Source: Dehalococcoidia bacterium (GTDB lineage: Bacteria > Chloroflexota > Dehalococcoidia > Lucifugimonadales > UBA3495). From it: 32,129 nt of DNA. Made by a program: the position numbers and the translations under genes. The stretch covers positions 1 through 32,129 of the forward strand of contig JAKZUA010000208.1 of the NCBI GenBank assembly GCA_047516825.1. Direction: 5' to 3'. The notes below the pieces were generated by a model. It saw nothing but the letters and a program-made list of their open reading frames with translations. It was not told the DNA's origin and ran no database searches. The number at the start of each line of letters is the position of its first letter. Position 1 is the stretch's first letter. Positions 8,839 to 18,380 of the stretch are shown in pieces.

Positions 8839-10533
8839 ATGAAACCGCCCGTTTCCAAAAAATGGCTGCTGAAGGAAACTTCTGAGGCTCACCTTCTGCC
8901 GCCAGACCTGCCGCCGCCCTTGGTGCCGGTGCTGCTGGGCCGGGGCATCGACACCGCTGAGAAACTCCGGCTGTTCCTGCATCCTCCGCACAATCTCCCC
9001 TACGACCCGCTGCGATTGGCCGGGATGGATCTGGCGGTTCAGCGCCTGTATCGGGCCGTGGAGGGCAGGGAAACCGTGGGGGTTTTCGGCGATTTCGACG
9101 TGGATGGCGTGACCGGAACCGCCATTATCGTCGAGGGATTACGAGCCTTCGGAGTTCCGGTTTTACCCTACTTGCCCCACCGGGTGGACGAGGGGCACGG
9201 GCTCTCCAATGCTGCCGTAGAGCAGTTGTCAGAACAGGGCGTCAGCCTGGTCGTTACCGTTGACTGCGGTGTCACTTCCGTCAACGAGGTTTGGCGGGCC
9301 CGGCAGCTCGGCACTGAAGTGATTATTACCGACCACCATACCTCCGGATCTGTCCTGCCGGAAGCGGTGGCAATTATTAATCCCAGGATTGCCGGAAGCA
9401 GCTACCCCTATCTGCACCTATCCGGAGCAGGCCTGGCGTTCAAGCTAATACAGGGGCTGTGCCAGTTTTATGGCCAGCCGTGGAGTTCCAGCTTGCTGGA
9501 GTTGGCGGCCATGGGCACCATTGCCGACTTGGTACCGCTTACCGATGAGAATAGATATTTAGTACGCGAGGGCCTGGGTAGGCTGGCCGAGACCAAGCGG
9601 CCGGGCCTGTTGGCGTTGTACCGGAACGGGAGAATCGAGCCGAAATCTATCAATGCGGAGACGGTCGGCTATCAGATAGCGCCCCGGCTCAACTCTGCAG
9701 GGCGGATGGGACATGCCGGGGATAGCCTGGCCCTGCTGACAACCGATTCAGACGCCGAGGCGGAGGTGTTGGCCGCTAAGCTGGAAGCCCTCAACTTGGA
9801 GCGCCGGGCGCTCAGCGAACAGTCTTATCAGGCCGCCGTCGAACACCTGGGCAGAAGTGACACGCTGCCCGCTATCTTGATCGTGGATGATCCCTGTTTT
9901 ACCCCGGGGATCGCCGGGCTGGTAGCCGGGAGGCTGCTGGATGCCTATAACCGTCCCGCCATTGCCCTGGCTGCCGGAGAAGGGGACAGCTTCACGGGCA
10001 GCGCCCGCAGCTTTCCGGAATTTAACATCGTTGAGGCCCTTTCCCAGTGTGAGGACCTGTTCGCCCGATACGGCGGCCACGCTCAGGCGGCGGGGTTTAC
10101 CCTGCGGCGCTGCAATCTGCCCCATTTGGTGGAGCGAATGACCGCTTTGGCCGAGGAGGCCCTGAGCGGAAAGGACTCGGAAACCGTAATGCCGGTGGAC
10201 GCGGAGGTTCAGCTACCAGAACTGAACGATGCGGTGCTGGCGTGGCTGGCGGATCTGGAACCCTGGGGAGTTGGGAACCGGGCGCCCACCTTCCTGAGCC
10301 GGGGCGTTCACGTGTTGGAAGCCCGCTACATGGGGAATCAGGGTCAGCATCTGAGGCTGCGAGTACGGCAAGGGAATAGTGAATGGACGGCGTTGGCCTT
10401 TAATCTTGGGGAAAAGTGGGTTCAGGACACGCAATCGTTGGATCTGGTTTATACCCTCAGCAAAGATTCCTGGCGGGGTGAGGAGCGTCACGTCCTGCAC
10501 CTGGCCGATTTTCGGGCTTCTACGGGCTTCTAA
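8839..10533 (+). CDS. recJ: Single-stranded-DNA-specific exonuclease RecJ
   Basis: DHH-family motifs GDFDVDGVTG, VTVDCGV and ITDHH. DHHA1 motif GGHAQAAGF. Confidence 0.9.
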   Translation: MKPPVSKKWLLKETSEAHLLPPDLPPPLVPVLLGRGIDTAEKLRLFLHPPHNLPYDPLRLAGMDLAVQRLYRAVEGRETVGVFGDFDVDGVTGTAIIVEGLRAFGVPVLPYLPHRVDEGHGLSNAAVEQLSEQGVSLVVTVDCGVTSVNEVWRARQLGTEVIITDHHTSGSVLPEAVAIINPRIAGSSYPYLHLSGAGLAFKLIQGLCQFYGQPWSSSLLELAAMGTIADLVPLTDENRYLVREGLGRLAETKRPGLLALYRNGRIEPKSINAETVGYQIAPRLNSAGRMGHAGDSLALLTTDSDAEAEVLAAKLEALNLERRALSEQSYQAAVEHLGRSDTLPAILIVDDPCFTPGIAGLVAGRLLDAYNRPAIALAAGEGDSFTGSARSFPEFNIVEALSQCEDLFARYGGHAQAAGFTLRRCNLPHLVERMTALAEEALSGKDSETVMPVDAEVQLPELNDAVLAWLADLEPWGVGNRAPTFLSRGVHVLEARYMGNQGQHLRLRVRQGNSEWTALAFNLGEKWVQDTQSLDLVYTLSKDSWRGEERHVLHLADFRASTGF

Positions 10534-10639
10534 TTGAAGCCCGGCCGACCTACTCCCAACGCCGATTCCCTCGAGAAGCGGACGGCGCGCTGAAATTATT
10601 GGCGAGTTTTCGTATCTGCCATCTCTCAATAATCGCCAA

Positions 10640-11545
10640 TCAAGAGCCCCCCCGGCTGGGACGGACCACCTGCACCAGTTGGGCCTTGTACACCAGCAGG
10701 GGAATGGTAATGATTACCACCGCCAACGCCACAATTTGGGCCTCGTTGAATATCCAGTAGTTGTTGGCCTCTTCCCGCAGGAAGCTGATGAAAAAGCGGC
10801 CGACGGAATAGAGGGCTCCGTAGAGGGCAAAGGTCATGCCGTGAGGGCGCAGCCGGTGGCGCATGGGCCAGATGACCAGCAGTAAGGCCAGGTCAAAAAG
10901 CAACTCGTAGGCCACTGCCGGGTGACTGGCAAAGCCTCCGCAACCTCCCAATGAGATCGCCCAGCTCCCGGGGCTATCCGGATGGGTGTAAACCAGTCCC
11001 CAAGGCAATCGGGTCGCCAGGGCGCAGTGCTCCCCATTGATGATGTCGCCAATTCGTCCAATGGCCATGGCGATGAGCAGAGCCGGGGCCGTTATGTCGG
11101 CCAGATGGCCAATGCCCGGCAGGGGGGCTTTTTTGGCCTCGCCGAGAAACCCCAGGCGTTTCCGCCACAAATTCAAGAACCAGCCGGAATTTCGGGTCAT
11201 CATGTAGGCAACGCAGCCGATGAAGCCGCCGATAATCGCGCCGTATATAGCGATGCCGCCCTGCCAAACGTAGAAAACACTGAGCGGGTTATGACTGTAG
11301 ATCGGAGCCCAAAAATCCGCTACGTGAAACAACCGGGCTCCAATGATTCCGGCGATGATGCCCCAAACCGCCACCGACAAGATGGCATCCTGGTCCATCC
11401 CCTCTCCGGTACCCCACCGGTAGGTAAGGTAGACCGCCGTGGCCACGGCAACGAAGGTGAGAAAACCGTGCCAGGACAACAAAAAAGGACCGAAGTCGAG
11501 GATATTGGGGTTTATACCGATGGCGATGGTGGACAGTACGCTCAT
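10640..11545 (-). CDS. lgt: Prolipoprotein diacylglyceryl transferase
   Basis: Polytopic membrane protein with Lgt signatures: GGIAIYGAIIGGF, GRIGDIINGEH, HPAVAYELLFDL. Confidence 0.85.
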   Translation of the reverse strand: MSVLSTIAIGINPNILDFGPFLLSWHGFLTFVAVATAVYLTYRWGTGEGMDQDAILSVAVWGIIAGIIGARLFHVADFWAPIYSHNPLSVFYVWQGGIAIYGAIIGGFIGCVAYMMTRNSGWFLNLWRKRLGFLGEAKKAPLPGIGHLADITAPALLIAMAIGRIGDIINGEHCALATRLPWGLVYTHPDSPGSWAISLGGCGGFASHPAVAYELLFDLALLLVIWPMRHRLRPHGMTFALYGALYSVGRFFISFLREEANNYWIFNEAQIVALAVVIITIPLLVYKAQLVQVVRPSRGGS

Positions 11546-11592
11546 TAGCTAGCTCTCAACCTTTGGCACATTAGGATTTGATGGAGCCGGAT

Positions 11593-12486
11593 TCAATTGG
11601 AATTTCCGGGAATGGAAGACTTGGGTGCTGCCATGTCGGCAACGTCAGGAGTGATAGTTTGCACCAGGTAGGCCCGGCCTTGATGCGGCGGCAGGGCTTG
11701 TGATACGCGGGATAAATCCTCCGAGCCGGACGGCAGGCAAAAAAACGCCGGTCCGGCGCCGGACAAGCGCGGCGGAGAGCTGGCAAGGCCCTCAATCTGG
11801 CGATAAATAGCGCTGAGACCCGGAAAAACGTTAAACGCCACCTCCTCAAACACATTGTGCACCATGTCCACTACGAATTGCCCGGACATTAGGGTTGCAA
11901 CCATCTGTCTGGTAACACCGCCGTCACTGTAATGCCCGGCGGTCAGCCGAGAGAAAAGGGTCGCCGTCTTGTTGGGCAGGGTGTCGCTAGGGCAAATCAG
12001 CAGCACCCCTAGCGGTGGCAGGGAGGGTAAGGGACTTATCTCCTCTCCCCGGCCTTCGGCCAGAGCGGTACCGCCGCGCAAGAAGAAAGGCACGTCGGAG
12101 CCCAATCCGGCACCGATCCGGACCAATTCTTCGGGATCCAGGCCCAGATTCCAGAGCTTGTTGAGACCTACCAGCGCGGCGGCGGCGTCGCTGCTCCCAC
12201 CGCCCAAACCCATACCCACCGGGATGCGTTTACGGATCACTATGCGCGCTTTGGGACGAATTCCACGGCTCTCGGCCAACTCCACGGCGGCTCGCCAGAC
12301 CAGATTGGACTCGCCATCCAAGCCCGGCTCGTCGCATTCCACTTTGAGGTTCGGTCCCGGCTGGATATCTATTTGGTCGGTCAGGTCTACCGTCTGAAGG
12401 ACGGTCTTAACCTCATGGTATCCGTCGTCCTGAAGGCCCAAGACCTCCAGGGTCAGGTTAATCTTGGCGAAGGCCGGGACTAGCAA
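11593..12486 (-). CDS. ispE: 4-(cytidine 5'-diphospho)-2-C-methyl-D-erythritol kinase
   Basis: AKINLTLEVLG...GYHEV at the N-terminus and GHMP kinase motif PVGMGLGGGSSDAAAAL. Overlaps the rsmA stop by 29 nt, consistent with an operon. Confidence 0.85.
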   Translation of the reverse strand: MLVPAFAKINLTLEVLGLQDDGYHEVKTVLQTVDLTDQIDIQPGPNLKVECDEPGLDGESNLVWRAAVELAESRGIRPKARIVIRKRIPVGMGLGGGSSDAAAALVGLNKLWNLGLDPEELVRIGAGLGSDVPFFLRGGTALAEGRGEEISPLPSLPPLGVLLICPSDTLPNKTATLFSRLTAGHYSDGGVTRQMVATLMSGQFVVDMVHNVFEEVAFNVFPGLSAIYRQIEGLASSPPRLSGAGPAFFCLPSGSEDLSRVSQALPPHQGRAYLVQTITPDVADMAAPKSSIPGNSN

Positions 12487-13303
12487 GTCCGCTCCTTTCC
12501 GACCAAGAATGGTACAGGGCGGTCCACTCCTCCAGACAGAGGGTTTCCGCCCGCCTGCGGCCGTCCAGATCTACCGATTCCAGCAGATCTGCGGTCTGCT
12601 GCGACGGCGCTCCCAGGCCCCGGCTCAATGAATTGTGCAACTGTTTGCGGGGCGCCGAGAAACCGGCGCGCACCAGCTCGAAGAAAGCAGGCGGATCGGC
12701 CACCGCCACCGGAGATTTCGCGAATAGCTCCAGTTTTACCACAGCGGAGCTAACCTTGGGCTGAGGGTGAAAAGCCTGGGGCGGCACATCGCAAATCAGG
12801 CTGGGCCGAGCGTAGTATTGAACCGCGACGGACAAGATGCCCATTTTCCCCGGTTCCGCCACCATGGTCTGGGCCACCTCCCGCTGTACCATGACGACCA
12901 TTAGCTCCGGATGGGGAGGACTCTCCAAAAATCGGCGGATAATCGGATTGGCAGCATAAAAGGGCAGATTGGCTAACATCTTGAACGGGGGACCCGGGCC
13001 GACCAGTTCGGCGATATCCGCGGAGCGGGCGTCTCCCGTCACGCTGGTCAAGTTGGCCGGATTTCCCAATCTGGCCGGTAAGGCGGCCGCCAGCACTGGA
13101 TCCAACTCGATGGTCACCACCTGGCGGGCCCGCTGGACCAACCGGCCGGTAAGAGCCCCCAGTCCGGGGCCCACTTCCAGAGCCGTGTCATCAGCCGTTA
13201 ACTCCGCCGCCTCGACTATGCGATCCAGTATCGAGCCATCGTTAAGAAAATGCTGTCCCAGGGATTTTCGAGGTCTGGGCGGCTTAGTTGGGCTGGCAGT
13301 CAC
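12458..13303 (-). CDS. rsmA: 16S rRNA (adenine1518/1519-N6)-dimethyltransferase
   Basis: KSLGQHFLND, SAM motif LEVGPGLGALT and NLPFYAANPI are typical of KsgA/RsmA. Confidence 0.9.
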   Translation of the reverse strand: MTASPTKPPRPRKSLGQHFLNDGSILDRIVEAAELTADDTALEVGPGLGALTGRLVQRARQVVTIELDPVLAAALPARLGNPANLTSVTGDARSADIAELVGPGPPFKMLANLPFYAANPIIRRFLESPPHPELMVVMVQREVAQTMVAEPGKMGILSVAVQYYARPSLICDVPPQAFHPQPKVSSAVVKLELFAKSPVAVADPPAFFELVRAGFSAPRKQLHNSLSRGLGAPSQQTADLLESVDLDGRRRAETLCLEEWTALYHSWSERSGLASPGLRQD

Positions 13304-13544
13304 GGCTTTCGGCTACCGATTTAAGCTACCGGGCGGAGAGGCAGCGGCTTTGTTTAGAGCGGATTCGTTTAAATTGTAGAAAAATTTGCAACGAGAGCGG
13401 TTCCTACGGCATATTACCAACGGGTGCGGGAGGTCCATTAGAGCAGGCAGCGGTTCATCCTGGAGTCTTTACGGGTTAACCTGGGTATGACGCCGTTACT
13501 CTAGGCACCCAATCCGTTGGCTCCTGAAACTGTTTTGAAGTTAA

Positions 13545-13820
13545 GAGACCGCGCACCCCCCTTTGACCCAACTCCGCTGAGCTTGTCTCGGACGATGACT
13601 CGGGTCAGGCACTCCCACGGCACCCGCAGGTTCTCACTTACCGTTGCTTCCTTCCGGACCTGGCGGGGTTGGCAAGTCTACGCCGCGTGGGACCCGGCCT
13701 TCAATACCATCATTCCGGGATATTGGCCCATGGACTCGGTCGCGGGGAGGAATTCAACCCCGCTATAGCGGATTGCGGGTTCAGGGCACCGCTAGCTCCC
13801 CGCCTAGCACGGCCTCCACA
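13545..13820 (-). ncRNA. ffs: Signal recognition particle RNA, long (Bacillus-type, Alu-domain-containing) form
   Basis: The minus strand carries the helix-8 core CCGCCAGGUCCGGAAGGAAGCAACGGUAAG (13641-13670) with a GGAA tetraloop. The Alu-domain segment GGCCGUGCUAGGCGGGGAGCUAGCGGUGCCCUGAACCCGCAAUCCGCUAUAGC closely resembles my recollection of B. subtilis scRNA. A terminal helix forms between GAGGCCGUGC (13807-13816) and GCGCGGUCUC (13545-13554). End positions are accurate to a few nt only. Confidence 0.85.
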
Positions 13821-13824
13821 GACC

Positions 13825-13853
13825 ATGGTAGGCTAGGGGGCCGAGGCTGTCAA
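13825..13853 (-). promoter_or_regulatory. Candidate promoter of ffs
   Basis: On the minus strand: TTGACA (13848-13853), a 17-nt spacer, then TACCAT (13825-13830). This is about 6-8 nt upstream of the inferred SRP RNA 5' end. Confidence 0.5.
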
Positions 13854-13928
13854 TCAACGAAAGCAGCTCCGGTCGGCTGTTTTGCGCCAGCCTAGTATAT
13901 CGTCCAGTTGGTCTGGATGAATTGGTGA

Positions 13929-14014
13929 CCACCCCCATCCTAACCTTCCCCCATCGAGGGGAAAGGGACTGGCTCTCTCCCCCTTGACGGATGAGAGTTG
14001 GAGTGGGGGTGAGG
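13929..14014. repeat. Intergenic palindromic repeat, hairpin + G-box modules in outward arrangement (copy D)
   Basis: CACCCCCATCCTAA-CCTTCCCCCATCGAGGGGAAAGG, a spacer, then CTCTCCCCCTTGACGGATGAGAG-TTGG-AGTGGGGGTGAGG. Confidence 0.55.
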
Positions 14015-14118
14015 TCTTTTGGATTAGTTTCAGTTTGTTGCAGTACTAGAGAATGTTAGAATTGACTCCGCCAGCGAAAGGTTGTGAAACGGGGAAGGGC
14101 CATGAAATTTGAAGGCAT

Positions 14119-14991
14119 ATGGAAATTCGAAAAGCGGTAATACCCGCCGCCGGACTGGGAACCAGGTTTCTGCCTGTCACCAAGTCGGTGCCCAAGGAAC
14201 TGCTGCCCATTCTGGACAAGCCCATGCTCCAGTATGTGGTTGAGGAGGCGGCGGAGGCGGGCATCGAAGAAGTCATCATCGTTACATCCCCGGGCAAAGA
14301 GTCCATAGCCGCTTACTTTCAGCCCGACCCAGCGCTGGAGGAACATTTAGCCGCCGGCGGAGCCCTAGACCTGCTGGATCAGGTGCGGCATGTCTCCTCC
14401 CTGGCTGAGGTCAGGTTTGTTATCCAGGAGCACCCCCTGGGTTTGGGACACGCCGTCCTGACCGCCAAAGTTGCGGTGGGAGACCATCCCTTCGCCGTCA
14501 TGCTGCCGGACGACATCGTGGCGCACACCCCGGGAGTGCTGTCGCAAATGATGGAAGTTTGGACCAGATTCGATGCCGGAGTCGTGGCGGTGGAGCGGGT
14601 GCCCTGGGAGGTGGTCCAGAATTACGGAGTGGCCGACGCCGTAGAGGTGGAGCAGGGACTCCATCGAATTAGCAAGCTGGTGGAGAAGCCGCCCCGGGAG
14701 GAGGCTCCATCCAACCTGACCATTGTCGGGCGCTATATCCTGTCTCCCGAAATATTCTCTTGTTTGGAACGTACCCCTCCCGGAGCCAGGGGCGAAATTC
14801 AGTTGACCGACGGCCTGTCGCTCTTGCTGGAGGGCCAGAGGCTTTATGCCCATGAATTTCAGGGTAGGCGCTACGACGGCGGGACTCCCCTGGGACTGCT
14901 GCGGGCGTCGCTGGAGTTGGGTCTGGCCCGAGCGGATACCCGGGACACGGTAGCGGAAATCTTGCGAGGGCTGGGTAGTTTCACTAACTGA
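14119..14991 (+). CDS. galU: UTP-glucose-1-phosphate uridylyltransferase
   Basis: AVIPAAGLGTRFLPVTKSVPKELLPI at the N-terminus, LVEKP and RYDGGTPLG, typical of GalU. Confidence 0.9.
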   Translation: MEIRKAVIPAAGLGTRFLPVTKSVPKELLPILDKPMLQYVVEEAAEAGIEEVIIVTSPGKESIAAYFQPDPALEEHLAAGGALDLLDQVRHVSSLAEVRFVIQEHPLGLGHAVLTAKVAVGDHPFAVMLPDDIVAHTPGVLSQMMEVWTRFDAGVVAVERVPWEVVQNYGVADAVEVEQGLHRISKLVEKPPREEAPSNLTIVGRYILSPEIFSCLERTPPGARGEIQLTDGLSLLLEGQRLYAHEFQGRRYDGGTPLGLLRASLELGLARADTRDTVAEILRGLGSFTN

Positions 14992-15038
14992 TTCTATAAC
15001 AAGCCGATTCTGCAGAGGGGATCCCGAGGAGTGTATAG

Positions 15039-15506
15039 ATGTTTCAGGCTTTGCTGGTCCTGCACATTCTGGCCGCGGTGGTTTTCGTCGGCAACATTAT
15101 CACCGCCGCCTTCTGGAAAACGCGGGCCGACCGGTCGGGAAACCTGGAAACCATCGCGATAACCGCCCGATCCCTGCTGCAAGCCGACTACATTTTTACC
15201 GCCCCGGGGATAGTCGTCCTGCTGGCGACCGGTATTTGGATGGTTGGGTTAAAGGATTGGGCGCGATTCCAAGAACCGTGGCTGGGAGGCTCCTTTGTAC
15301 TTTTGATTATCACCGGGATCATTTGGTTGGCCGTTTTGCTGCCCCAACAGTGCCGCATGGTCCGCCTTGCGCAAGAAGGGGCCGATGCCGGCGCCTTGAG
15401 CCCCGATTATCTAAAAGCCGGCCGCATTTGGTCCATGTTTGGCGGTGTCGCCACCCTGCTGCCGGTCCTGATCCTTTTCCTGATGGTCTTCAAACCCGGG
15501 CTCTAA
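15039..15506 (+). CDS. Small integral membrane protein (DUF2269-like)
   Basis: GAGGAG RBS. Four predicted TM helices. The N-terminus MFQALLVLHILAAVVFVGNIITAAFW resembles the DUF2269 family. The family assignment is from memory, not from a search. Confidence 0.6.
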   Translation: MFQALLVLHILAAVVFVGNIITAAFWKTRADRSGNLETIAITARSLLQADYIFTAPGIVVLLATGIWMVGLKDWARFQEPWLGGSFVLLIITGIIWLAVLLPQQCRMVRLAQEGADAGALSPDYLKAGRIWSMFGGVATLLPVLILFLMVFKPGL

Positions 15507-15531
15507 GAGACCGTGGGGGAGAACCCTGGTG

Positions 15532-15601
15532 CTCCCCATTGACAAGGGGGAGTTAGAGGGGGTGACGTAACCCCACCCAGCCTCCCCTTGGTGAGGGGAG
15601 G
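15532..15601. repeat. Intergenic palindromic repeat, hairpin + G-box module pair (copy B)
   Basis: CTCCCCATTGACAAGGGGGAG-TTAG-AGGGGGTGA, then the inverted module CCCCACCCAG-CCTCCCCTTGGTGAGGGGAGG. Confidence 0.6.
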
Positions 15602-15676
15602 AGCTTTTCGCCCGGACCCAAACGACGCCACCGGCGCCAGCCTGTTCCTCGAAGCAGTGGAAGACCTGGAGGACAT

Positions 15677-16168
15677 TTGACCAGCCAAAAGTCCATTTAC
15701 CTAGAGGACATCCGGAGCATCAAGACTGAGCTGATCCAGCTGTTGGATGGGATGGATTATTGCCTGGACTGGAAACCCGGCCCCGACTCCTGGTCGGCCC
15801 GCGAGGTGATTTATCACCTCGCGGATACCCCGGCCGGCGGCTTGCATTCCCTGATTCAAGGAATGCTCTCTGGTCAGAAAAGAGAATTCGAGCTGATGCC
15901 GGACCAGAATAACATCACGCCAGACCGTCTGGTTCAGGAGTTCCGGCAGGTGGAAAAGGACGTCCTGGAGGTGCTGGAAGGTCTGGAGGGTGTGGTCACC
16001 GGCGCCTCAGAGGCGGAGTTGGGAGAGAAGACGGTTACGGCGCATCTGCTGGCCCGGGGAATCAGTGAGCAGCGAACGGTGCAAAACCTCCTTCAGGGAC
16101 TGTTTGCCAGACATTGGCGGGGTCACCTGACTCAGATGCGGGAGCTGCGGGAAGCCCTGGGGATGTAG
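15677..16168 (+). CDS. DinB-family (DinB_2-like) metal-binding protein
   Basis: Helical-bundle pattern with WSAREVIYHLADT and a C-terminal HWRGHLTQM. TTG start lies 3 nt after GGAGGA, so the start is uncertain. Confidence 0.6.
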   Translation: MTSQKSIYLEDIRSIKTELIQLLDGMDYCLDWKPGPDSWSAREVIYHLADTPAGGLHSLIQGMLSGQKREFELMPDQNNITPDRLVQEFRQVEKDVLEVLEGLEGVVTGASEAELGEKTVTAHLLARGISEQRTVQNLLQGLFARHWRGHLTQMRELREALGM

Positions 16169-16239
16169 GCTATAGCAACTAGAAGCGGCAAAGAAAGGTG
16201 GAACGCCGTGGCGAATCAGTGCGGAAATAGAGAAGTCCG

Positions 16240-18096
16240 CTAATTGTCCCCAATACCCAGAATACTGAGGAACGCCTCTTGGGGCACCTCGACGCGGCCA
16301 ATGCTCTTGAGCCGCTTTTTACCCTCTTTCTGCTTCTCCAGCAGCTTGCGCTTGCGAGTGATATCCCCGCCGTAGCACTTGGCCAGCACGTCCTTCCGCA
16401 CTGCCTTGACCGTTTCCCGGGCGATTACCCTGGCGCCTATTGCCGCCTGGATGGGCACCTCGAACAGCTGGCGAGGAATGGTGCGTCGCAGCTTATCGGC
16501 GATGGCTCTACCCTGGGTTACCGCCGAGTCCCGGTGGAGGATGATGGAAAGGGCCTCCACGGGTATGTGGTTCACCAAAATATCCACCTTCACCAGGGGA
16601 GCGGCCACGTATCCGGCGAAAGTGTAGTCCAGAGATGCGTAACCCTGCGTGCGGGATTTGAGCTGATTGTAGAAATCGGCCAACATTTCGGCTAGTGGCA
16701 TTTTGTATTCCATGACCACTCTGGCCTGCTCATTCCCGGAAGCATCGCCCCCGGAAGCATCGTCGCCATTACCGCTTAACGATTGGATATACTCCATGCG
16801 CTTGAAATCGGAGCGACGAGAATGCATCAGCTCCATGATCGCGCCCACGTGCCGGCTGGGAGTCACGACAGTCAGGTCTAGTATCGGTTCCTCAATATGC
16901 CGGATGGAATTGGGCTCCGGCAGCTTGGAGGGATTGTCTATCCGAATAGTGCTGCCGTCTTGAAGCACCACCTGATACGCCACGCTGGGCGCGGTAATTA
17001 TCAGGTCCAGGTCGTACTCCCGCTCCAGCCGCTCCTGGACTATCTCCAGGTGCATGAGACCCAGGAACCCGCAACGGAAGCCGAAACCCAGGGCCACGCT
17101 GTTCTCCGGCTCCATAGTCAGTGAGGCGTCGTTCAGCCGCAATTTTTCCAGGGCGGCCCGCAGGTTGTTGTAATCCTCTCCATCGGAGGGATACAACCCA
17201 GCGAAGACCATGGACTTGAGCTGGACGTAGCCCGGCAAGGGCTCCTCTGCCGCTTGGGAGCCGCTGGTCAGGGTATCGCCTACGCTGCATTCCTGCACGT
17301 CTTTGAAACCGGTGGCGATATAACCTACCTGGCCGCTACATAAGGAGTCTACGGCGGTGGGCGAGGGGGCGAATACACCCAGCTCCGCAATTTCCGACAG
17401 CCTGCCGGTGGACATCACCATTATGCGGTCATTCTTCGCCAGCTTGCCGTCCGCGACTCTCACGTAGGCGATTATTCCCTTATATGAGTCATAAACTGAA
17501 TCGAAAACCAGGGCCCGGAAGGGCGCATTCTCCTGACCCTTGGGGGCCGGAATGCGACTGACCACCTGGTCGAGAATTTCTTGGGCTCCGGCGCCCTCTT
17601 TCGCTGATACGTACAGGATTTCATCTTCACCGAAACCGAAGACCTGTTGCAGTTCGCCGGCAACCCTCGACGGTTCGGCCGCCGGGAGATCGATCTTGTT
17701 GACTACCGGAATCAAGTCCAGATCGTATTGCATGGCCAGGAGCGCGTTGGCAATGGTCTGAGCTTCGATGCCCTGGCTGGCATCGACTACCAACAGCGCG
17801 CCTTCGCAGGCGGCCAGGGCGCGGGAAACCTCATAGCTGAAATCCACGTGCCCTGGGGTATCGATCAGGTTGAACTGATATTCGAGCCCATCCGGCGCCC
17901 GGTGCTTCATGGTCACGGCCTTGCCCTTAATGGTGATGCCCCGTTCCCGTTCCAGGTCCATGCTGTCCAGGAATTGGGCCTTCATCTCCTGGGGCCGAAC
18001 CGTGCCGGTAATTTCCAGGAAGCGGTCCGCCAGGGTGGACTTGCCGTGATCGATGTGGGCGATGATGCAGAAGTTGCGAATAAGGCGGGGGTTCAT
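16240..18096 (-). CDS. lepA: Translation elongation factor 4 (LepA)
   Basis: [31 protein letters not shown] and the LepA C-terminal domain. Carries a low-complexity insert [19 protein letters not shown]. Confidence 0.95.
   Translation of the reverse strand: MNPRLIRNFCIIAHIDHGKSTLADRFLEITGTVRPQEMKAQFLDSMDLERERGITIKGKAVTMKHRAPDGLEYQFNLIDTPGHVDFSYEVSRALAACEGALLVVDASQGIEAQTIANALLAMQYDLDLIPVVNKIDLPAAEPSRVAGELQQVFGFGEDEILYVSAKEGAGAQEILDQVVSRIPAPKGQENAPFRALVFDSVYDSYKGIIAYVRVADGKLAKNDRIMVMSTGRLSEIAELGVFAPSPTAVDSLCSGQVGYIATGFKDVQECSVGDTLTSGSQAAEEPLPGYVQLKSMVFAGLYPSDGEDYNNLRAALEKLRLNDASLTMEPENSVALGFGFRCGFLGLMHLEIVQERLEREYDLDLIITAPSVAYQVVLQDGSTIRIDNPSKLPEPNSIRHIEEPILDLTVVTPSRHVGAIMELMHSRRSDFKRMEYIQSLSGNGDDASGGDASGNEQARVVMEYKMPLAEMLADFYNQLKSRTQGYASLDYTFAGYVAAPLVKVDILVNHIPVEALSIILHRDSAVTQGRAIADKLRRTIPRQLFEVPIQAAIGARVIARETVKAVRKDVLAKCYGGDITRKRKLLEKQKEGKKRLKSIGRVEVPQEAFLSILGIGDN
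16735..16764 (-). repeat. In-frame 15-bp tandem duplication inside lepA
   Basis: Plus strand: CCCGGAAGCATCGCC (16735-16749) then CCCGGAAGCATCGTC (16750-16764). Encodes DDASG|GDASG. Confidence 0.85.
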
Positions 18097-18105
18097 ATTG
18101 GTAAA

Positions 18106-18134
18106 ATGGTATCATGGCGGACTGCTGGCTACAA
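18106..18134 (-). promoter_or_regulatory. Candidate lepA promoter implying a leaderless or near-leaderless mRNA
   Basis: On the minus strand: TTGTAG (18129-18134), a 17-nt spacer, TACCAT (18106-18111), then only 9 nt to ATG 18096. No Shine-Dalgarno sequence is present. Confidence 0.3.
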
Positions 18135-18285
18135 GAAGTGGAAAGCTGAGGTCCAAGCAGTAATTATGCCCGGCAGTTTTAGACTGGCCGTTTTGGCCCG
18201 GCCGCGTCAGCCGGAAAGCCGGACGGATGGTCGCCAGAGGCAAATGGAAGAGGTGCCCGCCCAGACTATGGCCCGGAGACTACCT

Positions 18286-18316
18286 CAATCAAAAGGGCCA
18301 CCTAGAAAGGTGGCCC
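18286..18316 (-). terminator. Rho-independent terminator downstream of the ABC ATPase pair
   Basis: On the minus strand: GGGCCACCT-TTCT-AGGTGGCCC (18295-18316) followed by TTTTGATTG. Confidence 0.6.
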
Positions 18317-18380
18317 CTGCCGTCGTTTCCTTGAGTTTCCCCCGTGAGTGTCCCCGAAGAACGGTCTAAAAAGGAACAGG

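Noticed and set aside
13517-13895. Two 83-aa plus-strand ORFs, and an initial suspicion of RNase P RNA or tmRNA in this gap
   Set aside because: The region is explained by the minus-strand SRP RNA (helix-8 and Alu-domain matches). RNase P P4 (GAGGAAAGUCCGGGC) and tmRNA tRNA-like-end signatures are not present.
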